Positions 30,121-39,436 of a stretch of 64,000 nucleotides of DNA are shown one piece after another (within the stretch, counting starts at the first letter, position 1; each line of letters opens with the position of its first letter). Position numbers and translations under genes: made by a program. The notes below the pieces were generated by a model that worked only from the letters and a program-made list of their open reading frames with translations, ran no database searches and was not told where the DNA came from. The stretch is from a bacterium. GTDB lineage: Bacteria > DRYD01. The stretch is from contig JBCNVB010000002.1 of NCBI GenBank assembly GCA_039630415.1, positions 1 to 64,000 on the forward strand, in the 5' to 3' direction.

Positions 30121-30627
30121 TCAATTACTAGTTTGAATATCATCTATGAATGATGATCCTGAATCAAGTACTGGTCCACCTTTACCTGATCCTATTACGT
30201 GTTTGGGTTCTAAATTGGGGCCTCTAGGTGCAGAGGGACAGTATATGTAACATCTATTAGTTGTTACAATCTTAATCAGATAGTTTGTGCTTTTTGTCTT
30301 GGGGCATCTAACAAATTTATCTACATAATTTGCTCTGAAAGTGGCAGCTCCTACTGGATTATTTGTATTATCATATGGATTACCTGCATTTGTTATTTGA
30401 GTATCTGGACCACCAGGATAGTTACCATTGTAATCATTTGAGTACATTTCTAAGCAGTTCAATAGGTTTCTTATGTTAGATTTACAAGCTGTAAGTCTTG
30501 AAGCTTCCCTTGCTCTCATTATGTTTGGTATAAGTACTACTGCTAGTATAGCTATGATAGCTATAACAATCATTAATTCTATTAAAGTAAAACCCTTCAT
30601 GTTAGTCCTTAATTTTATCAGAAACAT
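30121..30627 (-). CDS. Type IV prepilin paralog
   Basis: KG/FTLIELMIVIAIIAIL; colinear similarity to the neighbour (RAREASR.TACKSN, EMYSNDY.G.YPGG, RCP, IYCP, GGPVL). Confidence 0.9.
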   Translation of the reverse strand: MFLIKLRTNMKGFTLIELMIVIAIIAILAVVLIPNIMRAREASRLTACKSNIRNLLNCLEMYSNDYNGNYPGGPDTQITNAGNPYDNTNNPVGAATFRANYVDKFVRCPKTKSTNYLIKIVTTNRCYIYCPSAPRGPNLEPKHVIGSGKGGPVLDSGSSFIDDIQTSN

Positions 30628-30783
30628 GATATACTATACCCCCTTTATAGGGGAAGTGTAAGGGTTAACAGATAATGTGTATTTCAAAAAAATTGAGAAT
30701 AGTCAACAAATATATCGTTTTTTAATTTCTTTTGTTATTTTCTGTTTGCAGTTTTTATTTCTTCTTTAGTAACTTTAGCTATT

Positions 30784-31812
30784 TTATATACCGTAGAGGT
30801 AGTTAGATGATATGTTTATGTTGGTTATATCGAATCCTGCTAGTTCTTGTTTGTAATTATAGGTTTCTCCTACTTTTCGTGTGTAGCTTTCTTTGTTTGT
30901 ATCGAATTGTTTAATGTTCCATTCGGCTGCTGATTTGAGTTCACCTGGGTCTACTTTGCCGTCTCCATTTTTGTCTTGCCATATGTATACATTTTTGAGT
31001 TCATCTCCAGTTATAACTCCGTCACCATTTTTATCAAATAAATCTCTCATTTTTTCATAGCCGGATTTATATTTATTTTGTTCCCCATTTATACCTGTTT
31101 CTGTCATCAAGTGTCTACCATCTAATTTAATTTGGTCATACTTTCCTTCTTGCAGTAATCTTCTTTGTTCTGGTGTTAGGTATACTACAAAAGCGTCTGT
31201 TTTATCTCCTTTTGCTTTTACCCATTGTGTTCTATCGGGTATACCATCTCCGTTTATGTCAAATTGTATTCCATTTTCTTTTCCTCTATTTACTATTTGT
31301 GTTGTTTCTATTGTTTGAATGATACTCCTTCTTCTTCCTATTCTTATTTCTTGATTATGAGTTGTTCTCTGTACTTCGTAGTTTGTATCTGTAACAGTTG
31401 CTTTACCATCTCCATCTACGTCTATTATAACTGGGTCTCTTCTACCTACAAACTGAGTATTTATTACTCTACTTCCTTCTTGTACTCTTCCGTCAACACT
31501 ACTAAATTTGTAGTCAAACATTCTACCTGTTTGTAAAATTTCTTGCTTTTCGATGGAGTTTTTGTAGATTGGTGTTAGTGAATTATAGCTTATATCTATA
31601 CCTGAATTGTATATGCCTGAGAAAGAAAAGCCTTTCCCAATAAACCCAAACCCAGAAAATCCTAAACCATTATCTACTCCAAAAGCTTGGAAGAATATTG
31701 GGACTTGAGCAAGTAGTTGATTGTATGAATTTATGCTAAGTGAGCTAATTGTAGGCCCATAGCTATACCAAGAGTATCTATCAGTTGGTTGTACTGAGTG
31801 TATGAATGACAT
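30784..31812 (-). CDS. Calcium-binding DxDGDG/EF-hand-like repeat protein
   Basis: DPVIIDVDGDG, FDINGDG...TQWV, DKNGDGVITGDE, IWQDKNGDGKVDPGEL; SD GGAGGTG. Confidence 0.75.
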   Translation of the reverse strand: MSFIHSVQPTDRYSWYSYGPTISSLSINSYNQLLAQVPIFFQAFGVDNGLGFSGFGFIGKGFSFSGIYNSGIDISYNSLTPIYKNSIEKQEILQTGRMFDYKFSSVDGRVQEGSRVINTQFVGRRDPVIIDVDGDGKATVTDTNYEVQRTTHNQEIRIGRRRSIIQTIETTQIVNRGKENGIQFDINGDGIPDRTQWVKAKGDKTDAFVVYLTPEQRRLLQEGKYDQIKLDGRHLMTETGINGEQNKYKSGYEKMRDLFDKNGDGVITGDELKNVYIWQDKNGDGKVDPGELKSAAEWNIKQFDTNKESYTRKVGETYNYKQELAGFDITNINISSNYLYGI

Positions 31813-31895
31813 TTTCTTTACACCTCCCTAAAATTTTATATTACGTTTTATATATGTACCCCAATCTTTTACTTAAAAAATATACTAGACTATTT

Positions 31896-31912
31896 TTTAC
31901 ATTTTTTTTACA
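31896..31912 (-). promoter_or_regulatory. Candidate OmpR/PhoB-family direct-repeat box TGTAAA-N5-TGTAAA
   Basis: + strand TTTACA-TTTTT-TTTACA, 84 bp upstream of the 31812 start. Confidence 0.4.
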
Positions 31913-32102
31913 AATATACTGTATCTAAGTGCTGTTTGTTATCAGAAATGAAAAGAGTGATTTCTTAGAAATCATTAAATTTATCTCCAATATTGCTGTT
32001 TTACAAACCATAGACTTTTAAGGTTACTTAAAGATATCTATAATAACTCTGTACGGTGCTGGGTAAGCTATTTGTAATGGAGAGTAATTTATAATGAATG
32101 GC

Positions 32103-33119
32103 TCAACTGGTGATTCTATACCTATCATATTCTTTTTTATCTTCTTTATCTTCTTTCTGATCAAATAACAACTTTTCTACTCGTAAAAGGTAATGCTTGT
32201 TATTAGAAATAGAGATACTAACGTTGAAAAAGTCATTAAATCTATCCTTAAATATGCAGAAGAATAAAGGACTGTTACCCTTATATTCTGAGCCAAGATC
32301 GTAAAAATTATCAATGGTACCGCTTTGCAAATCGTAGAATTTTATAAGGTTTTTATTGTTTTCTCTCGAGAAGAAATATACATTTTTATGTAACTTATTC
32401 TTAGACAACAGTATTAGTTCAGAAGTGTATAAGTGTTCCAGTTTGTTATTTGATATTTTAAGAAGCTTTTGTTTACTCTTGTCTTTCTTGACTATAAGGA
32501 TTGTATTTTTATCTATTATTTCCAAATCAATTAGGTCTTGTATATTTCGTATTTGTTCTAGATCAATTTTCTGGGTTTGGTAGTTATGATAGGTAAAAAG
32601 ACATAATTTATCTATTTCTCCTTTTGCCCTATCCACATAATTGTAACCTATCCAATAGAAGATATCTTCTGTTGATTTTATGTTACTAAGGAGATAAGAG
32701 GGATTTTCTTGCGTATATTTTTTCCCACTGGGAGATATGTAGAATATTTTGTTACTTCCTGCTGTAGAGAATGTTAGAATTTCATTTTTATCATTTATCT
32801 TGGATATGTTTGATACTTTTGTTTCTTCAAATATATTTGTTCCGATTCTATCTCGTGAAGGGTTTATGTATACCAGTAGTGTTCCTTTTGCTCTGTATAG
32901 CTTATACAGATATACTATACTTCCCTTTGTGTTACTCGAATAACTAGCATATTCGTAGTCTTTATCATATATCGGTTTCTTTGTATGGTATATGTAGTTG
33001 GATACATTAATATCAAGCGTTTGTTTAGTAGTTAGATCAATTGCGAATATTGTAGATAATAGTGTTAGTAGTATTATGTTGGCGATAAACAAACTTATGA
33101 GTATTTTGGTGTATTGCAT
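32103..33119 (-). CDS. Exported hypothetical protein (beta-rich, possibly a propeller); C-terminus possibly frameshifted
   Basis: SD AGAGGAGG before ATG 33119, signal peptide MQYTKILISLFIANIILL...IFA. Confidence 0.7.
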   Translation of the reverse strand: MQYTKILISLFIANIILLTLLSTIFAIDLTTKQTLDINVSNYIYHTKKPIYDKDYEYASYSSNTKGSIVYLYKLYRAKGTLLVYINPSRDRIGTNIFEETKVSNISKINDKNEILTFSTAGSNKIFYISPSGKKYTQENPSYLLSNIKSTEDIFYWIGYNYVDRAKGEIDKLCLFTYHNYQTQKIDLEQIRNIQDLIDLEIIDKNTILIVKKDKSKQKLLKISNNKLEHLYTSELILLSKNKLHKNVYFFSRENNKNLIKFYDLQSGTIDNFYDLGSEYKGNSPLFFCIFKDRFNDFFNVSISISNNKHYLLRVEKLLFDQKEDKEDKKEYDRYRITS

Positions 33120-33189
33120 ATTTTTAAACCTCCTCTGGTGTAATATTTCTTTAAGATCTTGTGGCATTGGAAAGAAAAATAATACTGAA

Positions 33190-33233
33190 AGCTCCTGTGC
33201 ATGAGAAGATATTTTTACTCATGCACAGGAGCT
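33190..33233 (-). terminator. 16-bp perfect hairpin downstream of ORF 33243..33788
   Basis: AGCTCCTGTGCATGAG / CTCATGCACAGGAGCT followed on the minus strand by T-rich sequence. Confidence 0.8.
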
Positions 33234-33242
33234 AGCAAAACT

Positions 33243-33788
33243 TTATACTTTTTTACCTATTCCCCATTCTATTGAAGGCCACCATTGCCATACTTTGATC
33301 ACTCTTCCATCTTTCGTTTTAGCATAACCTTGTAGAGTATTTGCTCCATATGATGTTCCTATCTCTACTATTCCTAATTGTGATGGTTTAATTAATTCTT
33401 GCATTTGTACTTTTGTATCTTGATTTTTATCTTGCCATATGTACAGATTATCTAACTCTTCATCAGTTATTTTATTATCCTTGTTAAAGTCAAAGTTTTC
33501 TTGCAGTTTTTCAAAGCCATTTTTATATCCAAATGCGTTTGACATTAGATTAAATCTATCTACCTCTTGCTTGATTTTTCCGTTCTCAAAGAATATTATC
33601 AATCCATCACTTGGTCCTATCCATTCTACAAAATCTTTTACTCCATCAGCATTTAAGTCAAACATTTTTGCTCTGGCTTTGTCAAAATTATTTTTTGGTA
33701 AGTTTGCATTCCCTGAAACATCTGGCAAATTATTTTGATCTAAATCTATTACTAGAGAATCTGCTCTTCGTACCTCGACTGTTACCAT
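33243..33788 (-). CDS. Second DxDGDG/EF-hand-like protein, probably 5'-truncated (frame open to 33884)
   Basis: DSLVIDLDQN, FDLNADG...VEWIGPSDG, NGFEKL, DFNKDNKITDEE, IWQDKNQD....EL. Confidence 0.7.
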   Translation of the reverse strand: MVTVEVRRADSLVIDLDQNNLPDVSGNANLPKNNFDKARAKMFDLNADGVKDFVEWIGPSDGLIIFFENGKIKQEVDRFNLMSNAFGYKNGFEKLQENFDFNKDNKITDEELDNLYIWQDKNQDTKVQMQELIKPSQLGIVEIGTSYGANTLQGYAKTKDGRVIKVWQWWPSIEWGIGKKV

Positions 33789-33955
33789 GACAAAATCATT
33801 TACTGTAGCAACCTGGTTTATGTTTATATCTTTTCTTTGGAAAACATCTCTTTGACTAATAACTTGTACATCTCCTTCTTGTGTTTAGGATACTATATTA
33901 TATTTAAACTAAATTACTTGATAAAATGTTACGAAAATATTTCAAAAATTACATT

Positions 33956-33972
33956 TTTACACACTTTTTACG
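33956..33972 (-). promoter_or_regulatory. Second candidate direct-repeat box CGTAAA-N5-TGTAAA
   Basis: + strand TTTACA-CACTT-TTTACG in the divergent intergenic region; minus-strand TATAAT at 33903-33898. Confidence 0.35.
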
Positions 33973-34017
33973 AACTAAAAAGGATTTTAAAAGTCGACAA
34001 TAAAGATAAATAATAAC

Positions 34018-34710
34018 GTGGGAGAATTAATCAAAAAATTGGTAGAGATACAAAAAAATATTGCAAGTGGAGTGGAAATATCTAACCAATCATATCCCCT
34101 GGAATTTTTCCAAACTGTAGTTGGAATAGATCTTTCTTTTCACAAAAATAATATCATTGTTTGTTTTACAGTATATGAATTAACAAGTAGAACCATACAT
34201 TTTTTTTATAAGCTAGATAAATCGAAATTTCCTTATGTACCAACTTTTCTTGCTTTCAGGGAATTACCAGCCATAAATAAATTATATAAAAAACTTTACT
34301 CAGAGTTCCCAACTAATACGTTATTTTTCATAGATGGACATGGTATAAGTCATCCAAGAAGAGCTGGAATAGCTACTCACTTCGGAGTTAAAAATAATCG
34401 CTACTCCATAGGTGTAGCCAAAAGACTACTATATGGAAAAATTCAAGACCCATCATTTGCTAACAACGATCAAATTCTTCAATCCTACGTAATCGATGAT
34501 AACCAATACCCTATAGCTATAGCTCTAAAAACACTTCTACTCAACAGAAAAAAAGTAATGGGTACTAAAATCCTATACATATCCGTAGGAAATAAACTCA
34601 ATCTCGAAAACTCTAAAAATCTCTTCCTAGAACTCTACCAAAAACATAAAATTATACCTACAGAACTATCACACGATTATTTGCAAAATCTCAAAAAGAA
34701 TATGCTATGA
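34018..34710 (+). CDS. nfi: Endonuclease V
   Basis: GIDLSF, FPYVPTFLAFRELP, IDGHG..HPRRAGIATHFG, IGVAK, YISVG. Confidence 0.9.
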   Translation: MGELIKKLVEIQKNIASGVEISNQSYPLEFFQTVVGIDLSFHKNNIIVCFTVYELTSRTIHFFYKLDKSKFPYVPTFLAFRELPAINKLYKKLYSEFPTNTLFFIDGHGISHPRRAGIATHFGVKNNRYSIGVAKRLLYGKIQDPSFANNDQILQSYVIDDNQYPIAIALKTLLLNRKKVMGTKILYISVGNKLNLENSKNLFLELYQKHKIIPTELSHDYLQNLKKNML

Positions 34711-36056
34711 TTGACTACATAAGACAGATACTAAAAGTAGGCACTCCATACATGATATCCACGTTTTTCGACGCTACCTCTTTTACTTTAATGGTCTTTA
34801 TCGTTTCAATTTTTCTTCCCTCTGGTAAAGAATTAGCTTCCATAGGATCAAGCATATACATCGTATGGGTTTTATGGGCTTTCTCTACAGCTTTCTCAAG
34901 TGGTATCGTCAGCCTTACATCTAGATTCCTAGGTGACAAAGATATCCCTAATATTGTCCATCTGTTTTTTGTAACCATAAAATATAGCTTTTTCTGGTAC
35001 ATATTCATCATTGTATTTTTCAACTTTTTTATCATCGATATCGTCTTCTCCCTTCTAAAACTAGAACCACAAGTAATACAACTATCAAAAGAAGTAGTAA
35101 AATATTACTGCTACATAATAATCTTTAGTATCTTAGCTTCAATCGTCTTTTCAATTCTTCAAGGAATAATGAAAACCAAAGAAATAATGTATATTACGAT
35201 AGCTGCGGTTGCTATAGAAATATTAGTAGTGTTTTGGGGAATAGGAAAAGTTCATCTAAGCTTACTTATCAATTTAGCCTGGCTAGGAGGCGAATTAATC
35301 AGAATCATAGCCGGTTACTACTTCCTTCACAAAGAAAAAATAACCTTCTCAATAAACATATCAAAAGAATTAGGTAAAAGTCCTTGGGAAGATTTCAAAA
35401 GATTTTTAGAAGCACTCTACATAGGATTCCCACTTAAAATCGGAATGCTAATATTCGGAAGCGTATACTACATCATAATTAGCTATATAACAACCATAGG
35501 TCAAAAGTATGGACTAGCTGAAAAAGCAGTAGCAGCACTAACTCTATCTCAAAGATTTGAAGTACTCATATGGATGCTAGACGCCGGACTAACAATAGCT
35601 ACCTCCACACTCATCGGAAAAACCATAGGATACCAAACTTTCCAACAAAATAAAACACAAAAAATCAAACAAGTTAAAAACATACTCTACTCAGCTACTT
35701 TTCTCGGAACTATTCTCTTTTTACCCATATTTTTTCTTTTTATCCTGTACAACCAGCAGATACTATCCATCTTCATAAAAGATGTTGAAATCGTAAATAT
35801 AGGTAAAGGATATCTATTCTACACAGGATTAATGGGTATTTCTATGGTCTATAACTCAATATTCACAGGATTTTTTATAGCTATAGGTAAAACACTTCCT
35901 ATAACTATATACCTCGTAATCTTCTCCCTACTTAGGATACCATTATGTTCCATGGCTTCAAATTTTGATCACATATGGATATTCATAAACCTTACTAATT
36001 TACTCATGACTATATGTCTGTATTTTACTTACTTGTGGAATATTAGAAGGTTATAA
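34707..36056 (+). CDS. MATE family efflux/flippase membrane protein
   Basis: About 12 hydrophobic helices, SRFLGDKD, TLIGKTIG, GFFIAIGKT. Confidence 0.75.
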   Translation: MIDYIRQILKVGTPYMISTFFDATSFTLMVFIVSIFLPSGKELASIGSSIYIVWVLWAFSTAFSSGIVSLTSRFLGDKDIPNIVHLFFVTIKYSFFWYIFIIVFFNFFIIDIVFSLLKLEPQVIQLSKEVVKYYCYIIIFSILASIVFSILQGIMKTKEIMYITIAAVAIEILVVFWGIGKVHLSLLINLAWLGGELIRIIAGYYFLHKEKITFSINISKELGKSPWEDFKRFLEALYIGFPLKIGMLIFGSVYYIIISYITTIGQKYGLAEKAVAALTLSQRFEVLIWMLDAGLTIATSTLIGKTIGYQTFQQNKTQKIKQVKNILYSATFLGTILFLPIFFLFILYNQQILSIFIKDVEIVNIGKGYLFYTGLMGISMVYNSIFTGFFIAIGKTLPITIYLVIFSLLRIPLCSMASNFDHIWIFINLTNLLMTICLYFTYLWNIRRL

Positions 36057-36062
36057 ACACAA

Positions 36063-36674
36063 ATGTGGATTTGCGGAATAGATGAAACTGGTAGGGGATC
36101 TCTTGCAGGACCACTGTGTGTCGTAGCCTTCTGCTCTAAAAATATTCCTAGCATCCAAACCAAAGACAGTAAAAAACTATCTCCACAAAAAAGATACCAC
36201 CTTTTTGAACAAATCATATCACACTGCCTAACAAATAAACAAGAAAACGTAATAGCTATAAAACTAATAGACAACGTCACAATAGACAAAATCAATATAC
36301 TCAATGCTAATCTACTCGGATTCAAAATGGTTATTCAACACGTAGAAAAGAAAATTAAACAAAAACCAGATATCATCTACATAGACGGAAATAGAAAACC
36401 AAAGGATATGGAAGATTATAACATTCAAACCATAGTTAAAGCGGACTCATTTATCAGAGTAGTACAAATAGCTTCTATAATAGCAAAGGTAATCCGCGAC
36501 AGACTAATGGAAAAAATATCCAAAAAGTATCCGCTATACGGATTTGAAATAAACAGGGGATATTATGATAAAAGACATGAAGAAAGCATCAGAAAATTTG
36601 GACCTTGCCCAATACACCGAAAGACATTTATAAAACATTTTCTACAGCAGAAATTAATTGACTACGGAAAATAA
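36063..36674 (+). CDS. rnhB: Ribonuclease HII
   Basis: GIDETGRG.LAGP, DSKKLS, IDGN, ASIIAKVIRD, GPCPIHRKTF. Confidence 0.93.
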   Translation: MWICGIDETGRGSLAGPLCVVAFCSKNIPSIQTKDSKKLSPQKRYHLFEQIISHCLTNKQENVIAIKLIDNVTIDKINILNANLLGFKMVIQHVEKKIKQKPDIIYIDGNRKPKDMEDYNIQTIVKADSFIRVVQIASIIAKVIRDRLMEKISKKYPLYGFEINRGYYDKRHEESIRKFGPCPIHRKTFIKHFLQQKLIDYGK

Positions 36675-36681
36675 TTAAATA

Positions 36682-36711
36682 AAAGGAGCGGGGATATACC
36701 CGCCCACCTTT
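36682..36711. terminator. Possible terminator hairpin between convergent rnhB and ppdK
   Basis: AAAGG-A-GCGGG-GATATA-CCCGC-CCA-CCTTT. Confidence 0.5.
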
Positions 36712-36734
36712 CTAATCAATAACTTATCGATAAC

Positions 36735-39389
36735 TTATCTTGTCTCTGCAAGCTTAACTTCTTTTTTAGTATTTTTTATAGTTGCTTGGGCTGCTGCTAA
36801 TCTTGCTACCGGAACCCTAAACGGAGAACAACTTACATAATCAACCCCTATTCTTTGAGCAAAATGAATAGACTTAGGATCTCCACCATGCTCTCCACAT
36901 ATTCCTATTTCTAGATTATTATTTGCCTTCTTACCTTTTTGTATTGCCATTTCCATTAGCTGACCTACACCACTTTCATCAAGACTTTGGAAAGGATTAA
37001 ACTCTAGAATACCATTTTCTAAATAGTATGGAATAAACTTGGATTCTGCATCGTCTCTACTATATCCAAAAGTCATTTGTGTTAAGTCATTTGTACCGAA
37101 TGAGAAGAATTCTACATGTTTTGCTATTTCATCTGCTACTAAACATGCTCTCGGTACTTCTATCATCGTACCAAACTTATACGGTATATCCACTCCATTT
37201 TCTTTGAGAACTTGTTTTGCTACCTCTTCAAGCTTTTGTTTTACTACCTCTATTTCTCTTGGTAATCCTACCAGAGGAACCATTACTTGAGGATTAACTT
37301 TTACTCCCTCTTTGTAGGCCATAACTGCAGCTTCAAATATTGCTCTAACTTGCATTTCGTTTATTTCTGGATAAACTATACCTAATCTGCAACCTCTAAA
37401 TCCTAGCATGGGGTTGCTTTCTTTTAGAGCTTCTGCTTTTTCTAGTATCTTTCTGTACTTTTCTGCTTCTTCTTTTAGCCCTTTTTGTTCTGCCTCTGCA
37501 ATCTTTCTATTGATTATCTCTGCTTTGGGTAAGAATTCATGCAATGGAGGATCTAGCAATCTTATTGTTACTGGGTAACCTTTCATTTCTTTGAAGATAT
37601 GATAAAAGTCTTCTCTTTGCATGGGTAGAAGTTTTTCTAAAGCTTTTTGTCTTTCTTCTTTATTTTCTGCTATGATCATTTCTTGCATTATAGGTAATCT
37701 ATCTTCTGCCATGAACATATGCTCTGTTCTACAGAGACCTATTCCTTTTGCACCGTACTCATATGCTCTTCTTGCATCTTCTGGAGTATCTGCATTGGCT
37801 TTCACTCCTATACTTGCTACACTATCAGCCAGTTCTAGCAATTCGAAAAATTCTCCTGATAGTTTAGGTGGTATGAGTTTTACTTCTCCTTTGTAAACAA
37901 ATCCTGTAGTACCATCTATACTAATTGTTTCCATTTCTCTTACAACTATGTCTCCTACGGTGAAATATTTTTCTTTCAGGTTTATTGATATTTCCTCAGC
38001 TCCTACCACGGCTGGTTTACCCATTCCTCTTGCTACAACTGCAGCGTGACTAGTCATTCCTCCTCTAGCAGTTAATACACCTTGTGCTCTAGCTAATCCA
38101 GCAATATCATCTGGGTTAGTCTCTGGTCTGACTAAAATTACTTTCTCTCCTTTATCTCCCAATTCTGCTGCTAGTTTTGAGTCAAACACTACTTTTCCAA
38201 TAGCTGCACCAGGTGAAGCATTTAAACCCTTAGCTATAGGCTTTTCTTTATAATTTGGATCTACTTGAGGATGTAAAAGTTTTTCTATTTCTTCAGTAGA
38301 AACTCTCATAACAGCTTCTTCTTTTGTTATTATACCTTCTTTGTATAGATCTACTGCTATCTTAACTGCAGCTTGAGCAGTTCTTTTCCCGTTTCTAGTT
38401 TGTAGCATGTACAACTTTCCATCTTCTACTGTAAACTCCATATCTTGCATATCTTTGTAGTGTTTTTCTAGTTTTTCAGAAATCCTTAGCAATTGTTGAT
38501 AAGTATCTGGCCATTTATCTTTCATTTCAGAAATATGATAAGGTGTTCTTATTCCAGCTACTACGTCTTCTCCTTGAGCATTCACTAAGTACTCTCCATA
38601 AAGAACTTTTTCTCCTGTTGATGGGTTTCTTGTGAAAGCTACACCCGTTGCAGATCTATCATTTAGATTACCAAAAACCATAGCCTGAACGTTTACTGCA
38701 GTTCCCCAATCTTCAGGAATATTGTATATCCTTCTGTATTCCTTTGCTCTTTCATTGTTCCAGGAGTTAAATACAGTTTCAATCGACATTCTGAGTTGTT
38801 CGATAGGGTCTTGGGGAAGCTCTTTGTTATGCTTTTTATACTCTGCTTCTAGAAGATCTATTATTTTTTCAAGGTCTTCTTCTGTAAGTTCTATATCTAA
38901 TTTTTTGTTGTTAGCTTTTTTGTATTCATCTAGTATTTCTTCAAGAGTATGGATAGAAAGTACTGTTTTTCCAAACATTTGTAGTAGTCTTCTGTAAGAA
39001 TCTAAAGCGAATCTTTTGTTAGTGAATTTGGCTAATACTGGTATGAGGGTTTTGGTTAGTCCTACGTTAAGGATAGTATCCATCATTCCTGGCATTGAAG
39101 CAGGAGCTCCAGATCTTACCGAAACTAATAATGGCATATTTTCAGTATCATTAAACTTTCTTCCTATCCTCTTTTCCAATTCTGCAATAGATTCTTTTAC
39201 TTTAGGCATTAATTTTTCCATTGTTCCCTTTGGGTCAGCTAGATACATTCTACATACTTCGGTTGTTATTGTAAAGCCTGGAGGAACAGGTAGCCCCAAA
39301 TTGGTCATTTCAGCTAAATTTGCTCCCTTTCCTCCTAACAATAACCTCATGTTTGCATTTCCTTCGTCAAAGAAATATATCCATTTCAT
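36735..39389 (-). CDS. ppdK: Pyruvate phosphate dikinase
   Basis: LLGGKGANL, SMPGMMDT, GGMTSHAAVVAR, GLCRTEHMF, GICGEHGGDP; SD GAGGTG before ATG 39389. Confidence 0.97.
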   Translation of the reverse strand: MKWIYFFDEGNANMRLLLGGKGANLAEMTNLGLPVPPGFTITTEVCRMYLADPKGTMEKLMPKVKESIAELEKRIGRKFNDTENMPLLVSVRSGAPASMPGMMDTILNVGLTKTLIPVLAKFTNKRFALDSYRRLLQMFGKTVLSIHTLEEILDEYKKANNKKLDIELTEEDLEKIIDLLEAEYKKHNKELPQDPIEQLRMSIETVFNSWNNERAKEYRRIYNIPEDWGTAVNVQAMVFGNLNDRSATGVAFTRNPSTGEKVLYGEYLVNAQGEDVVAGIRTPYHISEMKDKWPDTYQQLLRISEKLEKHYKDMQDMEFTVEDGKLYMLQTRNGKRTAQAAVKIAVDLYKEGIITKEEAVMRVSTEEIEKLLHPQVDPNYKEKPIAKGLNASPGAAIGKVVFDSKLAAELGDKGEKVILVRPETNPDDIAGLARAQGVLTARGGMTSHAAVVARGMGKPAVVGAEEISINLKEKYFTVGDIVVREMETISIDGTTGFVYKGEVKLIPPKLSGEFFELLELADSVASIGVKANADTPEDARRAYEYGAKGIGLCRTEHMFMAEDRLPIMQEMIIAENKEERQKALEKLLPMQREDFYHIFKEMKGYPVTIRLLDPPLHEFLPKAEIINRKIAEAEQKGLKEEAEKYRKILEKAEALKESNPMLGFRGCRLGIVYPEINEMQVRAIFEAAVMAYKEGVKVNPQVMVPLVGLPREIEVVKQKLEEVAKQVLKENGVDIPYKFGTMIEVPRACLVADEIAKHVEFFSFGTNDLTQMTFGYSRDDAESKFIPYYLENGILEFNPFQSLDESGVGQLMEMAIQKGKKANNNLEIGICGEHGGDPKSIHFAQRIGVDYVSCSPFRVPVARLAAAQATIKNTKKEVKLAETR

Positions 39390-39436
39390 ACCTATTTCAC
39401 CTCTTTCTTTAACTATCATTTTTTCATGTAATGAGC

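Noticed and set aside
29558..30627. Pilin pair as DGR template/variable repeat or silent-cassette antigenic variation
   Set aside because: Both are full-length genes with leaders, differences are not adenine-specific, and no reverse transcriptase is present
33976..34000. Sigma-28-like TAAA...GTCGACAA upstream of nfi
   Set aside because: Spacer 13 bp is too short, the -10 has mismatches, and the downstream gene is not flagellar
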